The translations under genes were made by a program, and so were the position numbers. A DNA stretch of 46,499 bases, taken from the NCBI GenBank assembly GCA_947595045.1, contig CANQEN010000003.1:1-46499 (forward strand), in the 5' to 3' direction. Positions 8,708 through 17,897 of this stretch are shown piece after piece. The notes under the pieces were generated by a model that did no database searches, had not been told where the DNA came from, and saw only the letters and a program-made list of their open reading frames with translations. Every line of letters begins with the position of its first letter. Position 1 is the first letter of the stretch. Source of the stretch: an uncultured Bacilli bacterium (lineage in GTDB: Bacteria; Bacillota_I; Bacilli_A; RF39; UBA660).

Positions 8708-11557
8708 ATGGTAAATTTTGATGAAGATACTATCGAGTATGTGAATGATTGTTTGAACCAGCCGTTAAATGCTTTAAATGAGATTAAATCAGTTTTAAGA
8801 ATAGCAAATAATAAAACAATTAGACTAAGATTACATAGAGTTTCGGTTTCATGTAATGGTATTATAGCAAGGATAGATGACCTATATGATGAGCTAAATA
8901 ATATAATTGATTATATAGGAAAAATGTCTGATGCTTATAATGATGCCGATAATAGTATAAAAAGTTTATTTAGTGATACGATAGATAGCATAGGTGATAC
9001 TATAGGAAATGTTGCAAATTTTGCTATTGAAACGGGAATAAAAGTAGGTAGTACTGTTTGGGGTGCAGCCCAAACTGTAGGAGCAACAGTAGCAGTTGGG
9101 GCACAAAGTTTAGTAAAAGGAGTTGCTGAACTTGGAGGAGCATTAATTGATACAGGTGCAGTGATAGCAGCAGGTATTGCATCTACACAAACATTGATAG
9201 TAGATGGTGTAACATGGTTAGGTGCAAAAGGAATAAATGCAGTAGCTGATACAAATTTACAAGGAACAAAAATGACATCTGAAATATGGCAAGGAACGAT
9301 GGACTTTGTAAAAAAACAATATGTTGATGATGCATTTAATAAATTATATAATGATACAGGATATGGTAACTGGTTGCAAGAACATTCAGCAATAGCTGTG
9401 GATGGAACAGTATCCAATGTATTATCAGGAGTAGGATATGTAGCTGGAATAGTAGCTCTTACAATACTAACAGCAGGTGTGGGGACAGCAGCCACAGGGG
9501 CAGTTGAAACGACAACAGCTGGATCAAGTATCTTAAGTGCAGTAGCATCAAATGCAGGGAGACAAGCTTTAATAGCCGGAGCAGCTGGATTAGGAGCAGG
9601 AACAGAAGATGCATGGAATGATGGAGCAAGTTTAGGTAGTGGATTAGCTTATGGAGTAGCTAATGCAGGATGGGAAGGATTACAGTACTATGTAGGAGGC
9701 AAGATATCTGGATTTGGACAAGGAGTGGCTAGTGAGGTAACAGGAGGGATAGAAAAGCTTTTAGGAGCAGGAACAGGAAGTAAGCTAGCTAATTCAGTAA
9801 TTAGAGTTGGAGCAGATAGTATAGATGGAGGAATAGAAGGATTAGTTCAGCCAGCATTAAAGGCAATATATAGTGATGAAAGTTATAATGAGTTATTTAA
9901 AGAAAATGGGGGTTGGAGTTCTGTTTTAACTAATGCACTAGTAGGTGGAGGTTCATCTATATTAGGTGAAAGTATTGATTTAGTACAAAGCAGCGATAAT
10001 GTTCGATTACAACAACAGATTAGTAATAATATAGATAAAGAAAATATCTTGGTAGGTAGTATACAAAATAATTCAAATAGTAGTGGCTTATTTGATAGAT
10101 TAAAAAAATTTGTTAGTAAAAATGATTCTAATTTAGCATCTTCTGAAGTTTTAAAACAACATATGGATTACATGGATTTGTTAAAAGGTAAAGCGAAACA
10201 ATTGGACAGTGAACTGAGCAGTGCAGAAAAAGATTTATTTAAATTGCAGGTACAATTAGATAATATTTTAAATAATGATAATACCTTACCTGAAGCTATA
10301 GAATATACTGCTAAAAAATATAATTTATATGATTTTAATAACTATAATTCCGTATCATATTTAGAGTTTGAACAACAAATGTTAGCTAAAATAAGTGCTG
10401 GCGACTATAAAATTATTACTAGAGATAATAATTATCGCACGTATGTTACGGATTATATGTCTAAAGTAAATGACTACGATTTGAAAATACGCCAATTACA
10501 AGATTATATTAATAATTTATCTACAGATATAAATAATCATAATATTGAAATTAGTAAATATAATAATAAATATATTAAACCACATATTGATGCTATAATA
10601 AAAAGTAAAAATAGTCAATTATTATTTAATAATTTGGAATCTAAATTAGATGCTTTAGATTATAATAATAAAAGTTACGGTGTTGATCAGGGTGTTTCTA
10701 AAAAAAGCATTCAATATCAAAGAGATTCTTATGGTAGAATACAAAAATTTGTTAATGAAAATTATATGAATGTAAAAAACAATTTAATGGAACGTTATGG
10801 TATGGCATCTATTGACGCTTCTAGACTTATTAGTGGTTTTGATAATACTGGAGCATGTTCATATGCATCGTTAGCTGGTGAAATTTTTGCAGGTTATATT
10901 GATAATCCAGACAAATTTAAATCTGATTTTGGTTTTCCGATGTATACCTATATTAATGGACAGAAAACATTAAATAGTTTGGAACTTCTTACAGATATGT
11001 ATTTATTTGTTAATCATGTCGATAATGGTGGCAATTTATTTAAAACCGTTGATGGAAAAGTTATGGTTACTTATGATGGTATTTCTTCTAAATTGGATCC
11101 TTTAGGTCGTCAAATATTTGATGCCGATAAACAAAAGTATTTGGCATCTTCTTATGGTAGGACAGATGGTTTAATTGACAGATATCTCAAATCAAAAAAT
11201 TCAGACTTAAATTATAAATCTGAAATATTATTGAATTCTTTCGACAAAACGATAACTTTAGGTAATGATGAAATTAATTATTTGAAACAGTTAATTGGTG
11301 AATATGCTATTGATGGTTATCAAATGGAAATGTCTTTCTTTACACTTCAAGGTGAGATTAAAATGAAAAATTTAAGTGGTGGTAAGGATATGTCAACTGT
11401 AACTTGGAATGAAGGTGAAGGTCATTCTGTATTCGTAACAGGAATGAATGAATTAGGGCTTATTGTAAGTTCTTGGGGACAAAAATATTTCATTTCTTTT
11501 GAAGATTTAAAGACTGGATCTTTTATTATTAATGCTAGTAAAATTAGTAGTTCATGA
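8708..11557 (+). CDS. Putative type VII-secreted polymorphic toxin: WXG-like N-terminal helices, Gly/Ala-rich glycine-zipper region, coiled coil, C-terminal papain-like domain
   Basis: About 85-aa amphipathic N-terminus ending YNDAD (YxxxD); GxxxG-rich hydrophobic middle; C-terminal GACSYA...GHSVFVTG...IVSSWG; between DUF4176 and a small coupled gene. Confidence 0.7.
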   Translation: MVNFDEDTIEYVNDCLNQPLNALNEIKSVLRIANNKTIRLRLHRVSVSCNGIIARIDDLYDELNNIIDYIGKMSDAYNDADNSIKSLFSDTIDSIGDTIGNVANFAIETGIKVGSTVWGAAQTVGATVAVGAQSLVKGVAELGGALIDTGAVIAAGIASTQTLIVDGVTWLGAKGINAVADTNLQGTKMTSEIWQGTMDFVKKQYVDDAFNKLYNDTGYGNWLQEHSAIAVDGTVSNVLSGVGYVAGIVALTILTAGVGTAATGAVETTTAGSSILSAVASNAGRQALIAGAAGLGAGTEDAWNDGASLGSGLAYGVANAGWEGLQYYVGGKISGFGQGVASEVTGGIEKLLGAGTGSKLANSVIRVGADSIDGGIEGLVQPALKAIYSDESYNELFKENGGWSSVLTNALVGGGSSILGESIDLVQSSDNVRLQQQISNNIDKENILVGSIQNNSNSSGLFDRLKKFVSKNDSNLASSEVLKQHMDYMDLLKGKAKQLDSELSSAEKDLFKLQVQLDNILNNDNTLPEAIEYTAKKYNLYDFNNYNSVSYLEFEQQMLAKISAGDYKIITRDNNYRTYVTDYMSKVNDYDLKIRQLQDYINNLSTDINNHNIEISKYNNKYIKPHIDAIIKSKNSQLLFNNLESKLDALDYNNKSYGVDQGVSKKSIQYQRDSYGRIQKFVNENYMNVKNNLMERYGMASIDASRLISGFDNTGACSYASLAGEIFAGYIDNPDKFKSDFGFPMYTYINGQKTLNSLELLTDMYLFVNHVDNGGNLFKTVDGKVMVTYDGISSKLDPLGRQIFDADKQKYLASSYGRTDGLIDRYLKSKNSDLNYKSEILLNSFDKTITLGNDEINYLKQLIGEYAIDGYQMEMSFFTLQGEIKMKNLSGGKDMSTVTWNEGEGHSVFVTGMNELGLIVSSWGQKYFISFEDLKTGSFIINASKISSS

Positions 11558-11571
11558 ATTAGGAGGGTCAT

Positions 11572-12297
11572 ATGATTAATAATATAAATGTAATTGATGA
11601 AGTAAATTTTGATACTCGATTTCCTATGTTAAATTCTAAAATTACAAGTGATTTAAATCAAATCTCTAAAGAAATGTATTTACAAATATATTCAACATAT
11701 AGTACTTTATTTAGAAAGTATCTTATTAAAGAATTAAATTTAAAAAAGTATGATGATATTATAGCTAATAGTGAATTAAATTATGTAAAAGTAGAATCTA
11801 GGGATATGGATATATATCAATCATTTACTAAAGATGTATTAAATTATTTCTACATTAGAAATAATTTATATATTGAAAATTTAGCAAAAGACGAAAAAGA
11901 ATATATTTTTACAAAATATTTGATGGATGACACAGATTTAGATAAGGAAACAGAAACTTTTATAGAAAAAACCTATCCAAAAGTTATTTTTGAGAATGTA
12001 AATCATGATAATTCATTATGTGATATAAATTTCGGACCTGATAATCAACAATATTATGCCCCTAATAATGCTGTAGTAATTGGTATTCGATATGATGAGT
12101 TTAATTTAAATGGATTATCAGATCAAGAATGGGATAAATTGCACGAAAAACAATTAGATCATTTGTTAGATATTATATCCAATTTAGAAAATAATGAAAT
12201 TCTTAAATCTAATTTACCATTAATAACTATTATTTATAATGAATATAGTGTAAAAAAAAAGTTCAAAACTGAATCAATAGTAAGTATTAAAAATTAA
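11572..12297 (+). CDS. Hypothetical cytoplasmic protein, candidate cognate immunity protein
   Basis: Starts 14 nt after the toxin stop with AGGAGG RBS; no signal peptide or TM; acidic and Tyr-rich. Confidence 0.55.
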   Translation: MINNINVIDEVNFDTRFPMLNSKITSDLNQISKEMYLQIYSTYSTLFRKYLIKELNLKKYDDIIANSELNYVKVESRDMDIYQSFTKDVLNYFYIRNNLYIENLAKDEKEYIFTKYLMDDTDLDKETETFIEKTYPKVIFENVNHDNSLCDINFGPDNQQYYAPNNAVVIGIRYDEFNLNGLSDQEWDKLHEKQLDHLLDIISNLENNEILKSNLPLITIIYNEYSVKKKFKTESIVSIKN

Positions 12298-12304
12298 TTA
12301 TATG

Positions 12305-12356
12305 ATAAAAACACCAAAATTATAGTTATTCATACTATATATTGAGGTGTTTTTAT
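12305..12356 (+). promoter_or_regulatory. Hairpin overlapping the murE2 RBS/start and containing a possible sigma-E/K-type -10 box
   Basis: ataaaaacacc (12305-12315) / ggtgtttttat (12346-12356) perfect 11-bp arms; CATACTAT at 12331-12338. Confidence 0.4.
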
Positions 12357-13665
12357 GATTAAAGATAATTCTAAGGATATACAAGATGGAGATACATATA
12401 TTGCTTTAAAAGGTCAATATTTTGATGGACATGACTTTGTCAATGAAGCTATTGAAAATGGCGCTAATCGCGTTATTGTAGAGCATGGTGAATATGATGT
12501 CGAAACAGTTATAGTAGATGATACTAGGGAATACTTAATTAATTATTTAAAGGCAATAGTACCAGATATTAAGATAATTGGTGTTACTGGAACTAATGGT
12601 AAAACAACTACATGTTTTTTAATATATCAGATGTTAAATGAATTGGGATGTAAGTGCTCATATATTGGAACACTGGGTTTCTATGTAGATGACAAAGTAT
12701 GTGATTTAAAGAATACAACGCCTGGTCTTTTAGAATTATATCATTTATTGGATTATAGTGAGAAACAAGATTGTAAATATGTTGTAATGGAAGCTAGTAG
12801 TCAAGCTTTAGAACAAAGAAGATGTGATTTTATTAATTTTGATTATGCTATATTTACTAATTTGACTCAAGATCATTTAGATTATCATAAGACAATGGAA
12901 GCATACTTGGCTTGTAAAAGGCATTTATTTGATTTATTAAAAGATGATGGTATATCTATTTTAAATGTAGATGATATATCATATTTAAAACTTTTAACTA
13001 AAAATTATGTTACATATGGTAAACAAAATAGTAATTATAAAATAAAACTAGATAATTACTTCTATGTTAATGATAAACGGTATGAAATGCAACTAGTTGG
13101 GAATTATAATTTATATAATATGACAGCTGCTATTAGTTTGTTATATGAAATGGGATATGATTATGAATTAATATATAAAGCTGTAAAAAAATGTAAAGCA
13201 CCTAGTGGTAGAATGGAAGTAATACCTTATAATGATAATAAAATAATTATTGATTATGCCCATACTCCTGATGCTGTAGAAAAAATAATTGAAGCTAGTA
13301 GCGATTTAAAGCCTAATCGTATTATTACTATTATTGGTTGTGGAGGAGATAGAGATAAAGCTAAAAGACCTATTATGGGAAATATTGCAACTAATAAATC
13401 AGACTATGTAATATTTACTAGTGATAATCCTAGATCAGAACCAATTGATCAAATTATTAATGATATGATAGCTGGGGTTGACAAACTTAACTATGAAATT
13501 GAATCAAATCGTGAATTTGCTATTAAAAAGGGTATACAATTACTTGATAAAAATGATATACTATTAGTGCTTGGAAAAGGGCATGAAAAATATCAAATTA
13601 TAAATAATGAACGTACTTTTTTTGATGATAAAAAAGTTGTAGAAGAAAAAATATACAGGAGATGA
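12355..13665 (+). CDS. murE: UDP-N-acetylmuramoyl-L-alanyl-D-glutamate--2,6-diaminopimelate ligase, paralog 2
   Basis: GVTGTNGKTT, FTNLTQDHLDYH, DYAHTPDA, GCGGDRD.KRP.MG, SDNPRSE, GKGHE. Confidence 0.94.
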   Translation: MIKDNSKDIQDGDTYIALKGQYFDGHDFVNEAIENGANRVIVEHGEYDVETVIVDDTREYLINYLKAIVPDIKIIGVTGTNGKTTTCFLIYQMLNELGCKCSYIGTLGFYVDDKVCDLKNTTPGLLELYHLLDYSEKQDCKYVVMEASSQALEQRRCDFINFDYAIFTNLTQDHLDYHKTMEAYLACKRHLFDLLKDDGISILNVDDISYLKLLTKNYVTYGKQNSNYKIKLDNYFYVNDKRYEMQLVGNYNLYNMTAAISLLYEMGYDYELIYKAVKKCKAPSGRMEVIPYNDNKIIIDYAHTPDAVEKIIEASSDLKPNRIITIIGCGGDRDKAKRPIMGNIATNKSDYVIFTSDNPRSEPIDQIINDMIAGVDKLNYEIESNREFAIKKGIQLLDKNDILLVLGKGHEKYQIINNERTFFDDKKVVEEKIYRR

Positions 13666-13669
13666 TGAC

Positions 13670-14662
13670 ATGTTAATTTTAACTAAAGCAGTATTAGCAT
13701 TAATGATAGGTTTTATTATATCAGTAATATTTGGATTAGTTGCCATACCTTTTTTAAAAAAAATAAATGTAAAGCAACGAGTTAGTAGTTATTTAGAGAA
13801 TAAACATAAATCTAAAGATGGTACACCTACTATGGGAGGCATTATCTTTATTATTCCAACCATTATTACTACAATAATTTTATTACTCATGGGTAAAATA
13901 TCCTTTTCGGATAATTTATTGATTGTTATGTTTGTATTTATTGCTTATGCTGTTTTAGGCTTTATAGATGACTTTTTAATTATTAAACGAAAAAATAATA
14001 TTGGACTTACCGAATTTCAAAAGTTATCAGGACAATTATTTATAGCTTTAGTGTTTTTTTATATTTTTATGAAATCAGGAGCTGAACCAGTATTAGATAT
14101 TCATACATTAGGTTTTAAAATTGATATGGAATGGGTTTATGGCATTTTCTTGCTATTTGTTTTAGTTGCTAGTAGCAATGCTGTAAATCTAACTGATGGT
14201 TTAGATGGACTAGCAGGAGGCCTATCAGCTATTGCTTTTCTAGCCTTTGCTCTTATAAGCTGGAATTCAACAGCAATAGCTGGTAGTGAAGATATTGCTA
14301 TTTTCTGTTTTATTTTAGTAGGTGCATTAATGGGATTCTTAGTATATAACTCCCATCCAGCTAAAGTATTTATGGGAGATACAGGTTCTTTATCTTTAGG
14401 AGGAACCTTAGCTAGCGTAGCTATCATTACACATCATGAGATAACCTTAATTGTTGTAGCTGGAGTATTTGTTTTTGAAACTTTAGTTAGCTTAATTCAA
14501 ATTATTAGCATGATTTATTTTCATAAAAAAGTTTTCTTAATGACTCCTTATCATCATCATTTAGAAAAATTAGGCTGGTCAGAACCTGATATAGTCAAGT
14601 TATTTTGGGTAATTGGCGCTATTCTTAGTATGGCTGCCATTGCTTTTGGAGTATGGATTTAA
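13670..14662 (+). CDS. mraY: Phospho-N-acetylmuramoyl-pentapeptide transferase
   Basis: GTPTMGG, GFIDD, NAVNLTDGLDGL, PAKVFMGDTGSL, PYHHHLE. Confidence 0.97.
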   Translation: MLILTKAVLALMIGFIISVIFGLVAIPFLKKINVKQRVSSYLENKHKSKDGTPTMGGIIFIIPTIITTIILLLMGKISFSDNLLIVMFVFIAYAVLGFIDDFLIIKRKNNIGLTEFQKLSGQLFIALVFFYIFMKSGAEPVLDIHTLGFKIDMEWVYGIFLLFVLVASSNAVNLTDGLDGLAGGLSAIAFLAFALISWNSTAIAGSEDIAIFCFILVGALMGFLVYNSHPAKVFMGDTGSLSLGGTLASVAIITHHEITLIVVAGVFVFETLVSLIQIISMIYFHKKVFLMTPYHHHLEKLGWSEPDIVKLFWVIGAILSMAAIAFGVWI

Positions 14663-14673
14663 TCCATACTTTT
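14650..14673 (+). terminator. Hairpin overlapping the mraY stop; probable terminator
   Basis: agtatggatt/aatccatact followed by TTT. Confidence 0.45.
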
Positions 14674-14770
14674 AATATGTAAATATTTGTCAAATCTATA
14701 AATAAATCTTTAAAAAGAGTATTGGATATGTTATAATTTAAATATAAGATAAAAGATAGGAGGTGCTATT

Positions 14771-15067
14771 ATGGCAATGGATGTACGCGTTGATCCTGAA
14801 CAATTAAAAACATATGGAACTCAAGTAAGAGAAAAAGGTTCAGAGTATAACTCTGAAATCAATAACTTATATTCAGTTATTGATACTTTACGTAATGGAT
14901 GGACTGGAGTAAATCAACAAACATATTTATCTACTATGGATAATTATAAAAGCGATTTAATGAAACTTGGTGAGATAATTCAAAATATTGGAGAAGATCT
15001 TAATACTATATCTAATACTTATTCCCAAGTTCAAGATGAATTAGCAAGTGCGGCAAGAAATTTATAA
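14771..15067 (+). CDS. WXG100 family type VII secretion substrate
   Basis: 98 aa; VRVDPEQL N-terminus, central WTG, helical hairpin; AGGAGG RBS; TGtTATAAT at 14729-14737. Confidence 0.88.
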   Translation: MAMDVRVDPEQLKTYGTQVREKGSEYNSEINNLYSVIDTLRNGWTGVNQQTYLSTMDNYKSDLMKLGEIIQNIGEDLNTISNTYSQVQDELASAARNL

Positions 15068-15082
15068 TTAAAGGAGGTTAGT

Positions 15083-15376
15083 ATGAGCGAATTTAGTATT
15101 TCATATGATCAAGTATCTAATATTTCTAATGAAATGAAACAATCAGCTGATAAAATGAAAAATATTTTAGAGGATGTATCTCGTCAGATGAATGATGTAT
15201 ATGGTAATGCATGGCAAAGTTCAGCAGCTGAAACTCATATGGGTGAATTTAAAAGAATTGAAGCAAGATTTCAGGATTTTTATGGTAAAGTTCAAAGTTG
15301 TGCTCAATATCTTGATAAAGTAGTTGAAATTAATAGACAAGCTGATCAAACAATTCAAAATGCTATTAATAGTTAA
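15083..15376 (+). CDS. WXG100 family protein (variant WQS motif), probable heterodimer partner
   Basis: 97 aa; ISYDQV N-terminus, central AWQSSAAE, C-terminal QADQ; AAGGAGG RBS. Confidence 0.8.
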   Translation: MSEFSISYDQVSNISNEMKQSADKMKNILEDVSRQMNDVYGNAWQSSAAETHMGEFKRIEARFQDFYGKVQSCAQYLDKVVEINRQADQTIQNAINS

Positions 15377-15444
15377 ATAAGAATAATAAATAACTCTAAA
15401 TAAGTTATTTATATATGAAATGTAGATAGCTTCTATAGTTTAGA

Positions 15445-16640
15445 TGAAGTTGTAAAATAAAAGTAGACACAAAAAAGATGTGTTTACTTTTTCTTTTGAT
15501 ATAATTTAATAAAGGAGATGATAAAAATGCAAGGAAGACCTAAAGGAGGAAGAAATAAATATTATTCTAAAGAAGAAAAATTAAAATATGTGCAATAAAT
15601 GTTATCAGGTAAAAGTTGTTGGGAAATTGAAAGAGAAGAAGGAATTGGACATGCTGTAACAAACAGATGGTTAATAAATTACAATAATTTTGGAGAGAAA
15701 GGTTTAGAAAATAAGAAAAGACTTGGCAATCCACTAGCAAAATATCAAAACAGGAAGAAATTAACAAAGGAAGAACAATTAGAATATGAAAATATGAAAC
15801 TAAGAATTGAGAATGAATTATTAAAAAAAGGATACCTAATGAAAGGAGATGGTTCACTTGTAACATTCAAGAAGAAAAGCAAATAAAATTTGAAATAATA
15901 GAAATATTGAGCAAAGAATATTCCATTAAATCATTATGTGAAATAATGAATATATCAAGAAGTGGTTATTATAAATGTTTAAAAAATAAAAATATATTAA
16001 ATCAATATGAAAAAAATCGTAGAGATTTAGAACCATTAATAAGAGAAACCCTAGTTATGGATATCACAGAATTAATTGTCTAATAAGAAAAGAAACAAGT
16101 GGAAAGTATCAGATAATTTAGTTCATAAAGTGTGTAAGATATTAAAAATAAGAAGCAAAGCTAGACATTATTCTGTTTATAAAAAACCAGGAGAAGAGTC
16201 AATAAAATATCCTAATCTTATTAATAATAATTGGAAAACAACTAGACCTTTAGAAAAAATAACATCAGACACAACAATGATATGGTTCAAAAAACAAAGA
16301 TATGATTGGACATACTATGTAGATGCATTTGATGATTCTATAATTGGTTCAGATGTAAAACCATTCTATCATGGAGTAAGTATGTCAAATCATAAAACAG
16401 CTTTAGAAGATATGTTGAATAATAAAATAAAAAGAGGATATAAAAGCCAAGACACAATTTTCCACTCAGATTAAGGCAAAATATATTCCTCAGTAGCATT
16501 TAATAATGCACATAAAGATTATATTTACAAAAAAATTAACCCAATTATCTTGAATTAATTTTTATATAATTTTTGTTTCACATCATTTACAAATGTACAA
16601 GGAACACCAACAGATAATCCAATAATTGAATCAATAAAAG
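15445..16640 (+). mobile_element. Degenerate IS3-family (IS150-like) insertion sequence; transposase pseudogene with right end missing
   Basis: Left end TGAAGTTGTAAAATAAAAGTAGACAC; OrfA from ATG 15527 with in-frame TAA 15596-15598; OrfB motifs SRSGYY, SDTT, HSD*G (Q to stop at 16472-16474), GTPTDNPIIES, then homology ends. Confidence 0.88.
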
Positions 16641-16714
16641 ATTTTGAAAGAGATTTAAAATTATTATTAAATTTAAGTAAATAGTTGGAACAATAGTGAT
16701 GGTAAAAAGTAGAT

Positions 16715-16747
16715 AAAAAATGACAAAATTTATTTTGCCGTTTTTTT
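16715..16747 (-). terminator. Intrinsic terminator after dacF
   Basis: aaaaaatgacaaaat...attttgccgtttttt with A/T tracts on both sides. Confidence 0.55.
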
Positions 16748-17897
16748 ATATCTGAATATTACCAATTATTATATCTTTAACATATCTTGTAAATAATTCA
16801 ATTATATTAGCTTTTTGGATATCGTTTTTAACTGTTAATTCTACCGTATCAATTAACTTATCACCGTCTTTAACTTTTAATGATCCAACGATATCACCTG
16901 ATTTAATACTAGCAGATAATTTATTAACTTTAATATCAAAAGTTGGAGTAGGTTCAGTAGACCCTTTTTTATATAATATATTTACATCTCTTATTGGAAT
17001 TAATGTTGCTTGTTCTTGTTTTGATTTAGTTAAATTTACTTTTTTAACGGTTTTATCCTTTGATAGTACTCTTTTTAATGAATATTGAGCAAAGGCATAG
17101 TCTAACATTTCACTTACTTCACTATTTCTAGTATTGCTATCTGGTTCTCCCATAACAGTAGCAATAATTCTCATATCATCTTTTTTCATTGTTGCTGTAA
17201 GACAATACCCAGATCCATTAGTATATCCTGTTTTTAAACCATCTACGCCCTGTTTAAAACGCACTAACTTATTAGTATTAACTAGCCATGTTTGTCGGTC
17301 AGTACCTTCTCTTAGATAGGTTTCATAGATAGATGAAAATGTTAGTATTTTCTCATGCTTAACTAATTCTTTAGCAATCATAGCCATATCATAAGCACTA
17401 GAATAATGATCTTCCTCATCCAATCCATGACAATTTTTAAAATTTGTATCATTTAAACCTAATTCCTTTATTTTATCATTCATCATAACAACAAAATTAT
17501 CTTCTGTACCAGCAATAGCTTCAGCTAGGGCAACAACAGCATCATTACCACTAGCAATAGTAATACCCTTAACTAAATCTTCTACACTCATCTGTTCTCC
17601 TGTTTCTAGTAATATTTGAGATCCACCCATACTAGAAGCATTACTAGACACTGTAATCATATCATCCCAATTAATAACACCATTTTCTATACTTTCCATA
17701 ATTAGAAGTAAACTCATCATTTTAGTCATTGAAGCAGGTGCTAACTTTTCATGAGAATCAGATTCATATAAAACTTCACCAGTACTTACTTCAATTAAAA
17801 TAGAACTTTTAGCACTTGGAGCTAATGTAATTTCATCAGCACACACACTAGTTACTCCCATAAAACATAAAACTATAAATAATATTAACTTTTTCAT
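16746..17897 (-). CDS. dacF: D-alanyl-D-alanine carboxypeptidase, DacF-like (peptidase S11)
   Basis: Signal peptide; SMTK, SGN, KTG motifs; YLREGTDRQTWLVNTNKLVRF resembles Bacillus DacF. Confidence 0.85.
   Translation of the reverse strand: MKKLILFIVLCFMGVTSVCADEITLAPSAKSSILIEVSTGEVLYESDSHEKLAPASMTKMMSLLLIMESIENGVINWDDMITVSSNASSMGGSQILLETGEQMSVEDLVKGITIASGNDAVVALAEAIAGTEDNFVVMMNDKIKELGLNDTNFKNCHGLDEEDHYSSAYDMAMIAKELVKHEKILTFSSIYETYLREGTDRQTWLVNTNKLVRFKQGVDGLKTGYTNGSGYCLTATMKKDDMRIIATVMGEPDSNTRNSEVSEMLDYAFAQYSLKRVLSKDKTVKKVNLTKSKQEQATLIPIRDVNILYKKGSTEPTPTFDIKVNKLSASIKSGDIVGSLKVKDGDKLIDTVELTVKNDIQKANIIELFTRYVKDIIIGNIQI

Noticed and set aside
8935-9495. 186-aa antisense ORF inside the toxin gene
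   Set aside because: Shadow of Gly/Ala/Thr-rich codons on the plus strand; no RBS or motif.
6933-13665. murE duplication as an assembly artefact, or one copy being murF
   Set aside because: The copies are clearly divergent, and both have MurE-specific DYAHTPD and GKGHE motifs rather than MurF motifs.
15527-16640. Functional IS3 using programmed frameshift or read-through
   Set aside because: Beyond the normal OrfA/OrfB junction there are in-frame stops (15596, 16472), further frameshifts and no right IR.
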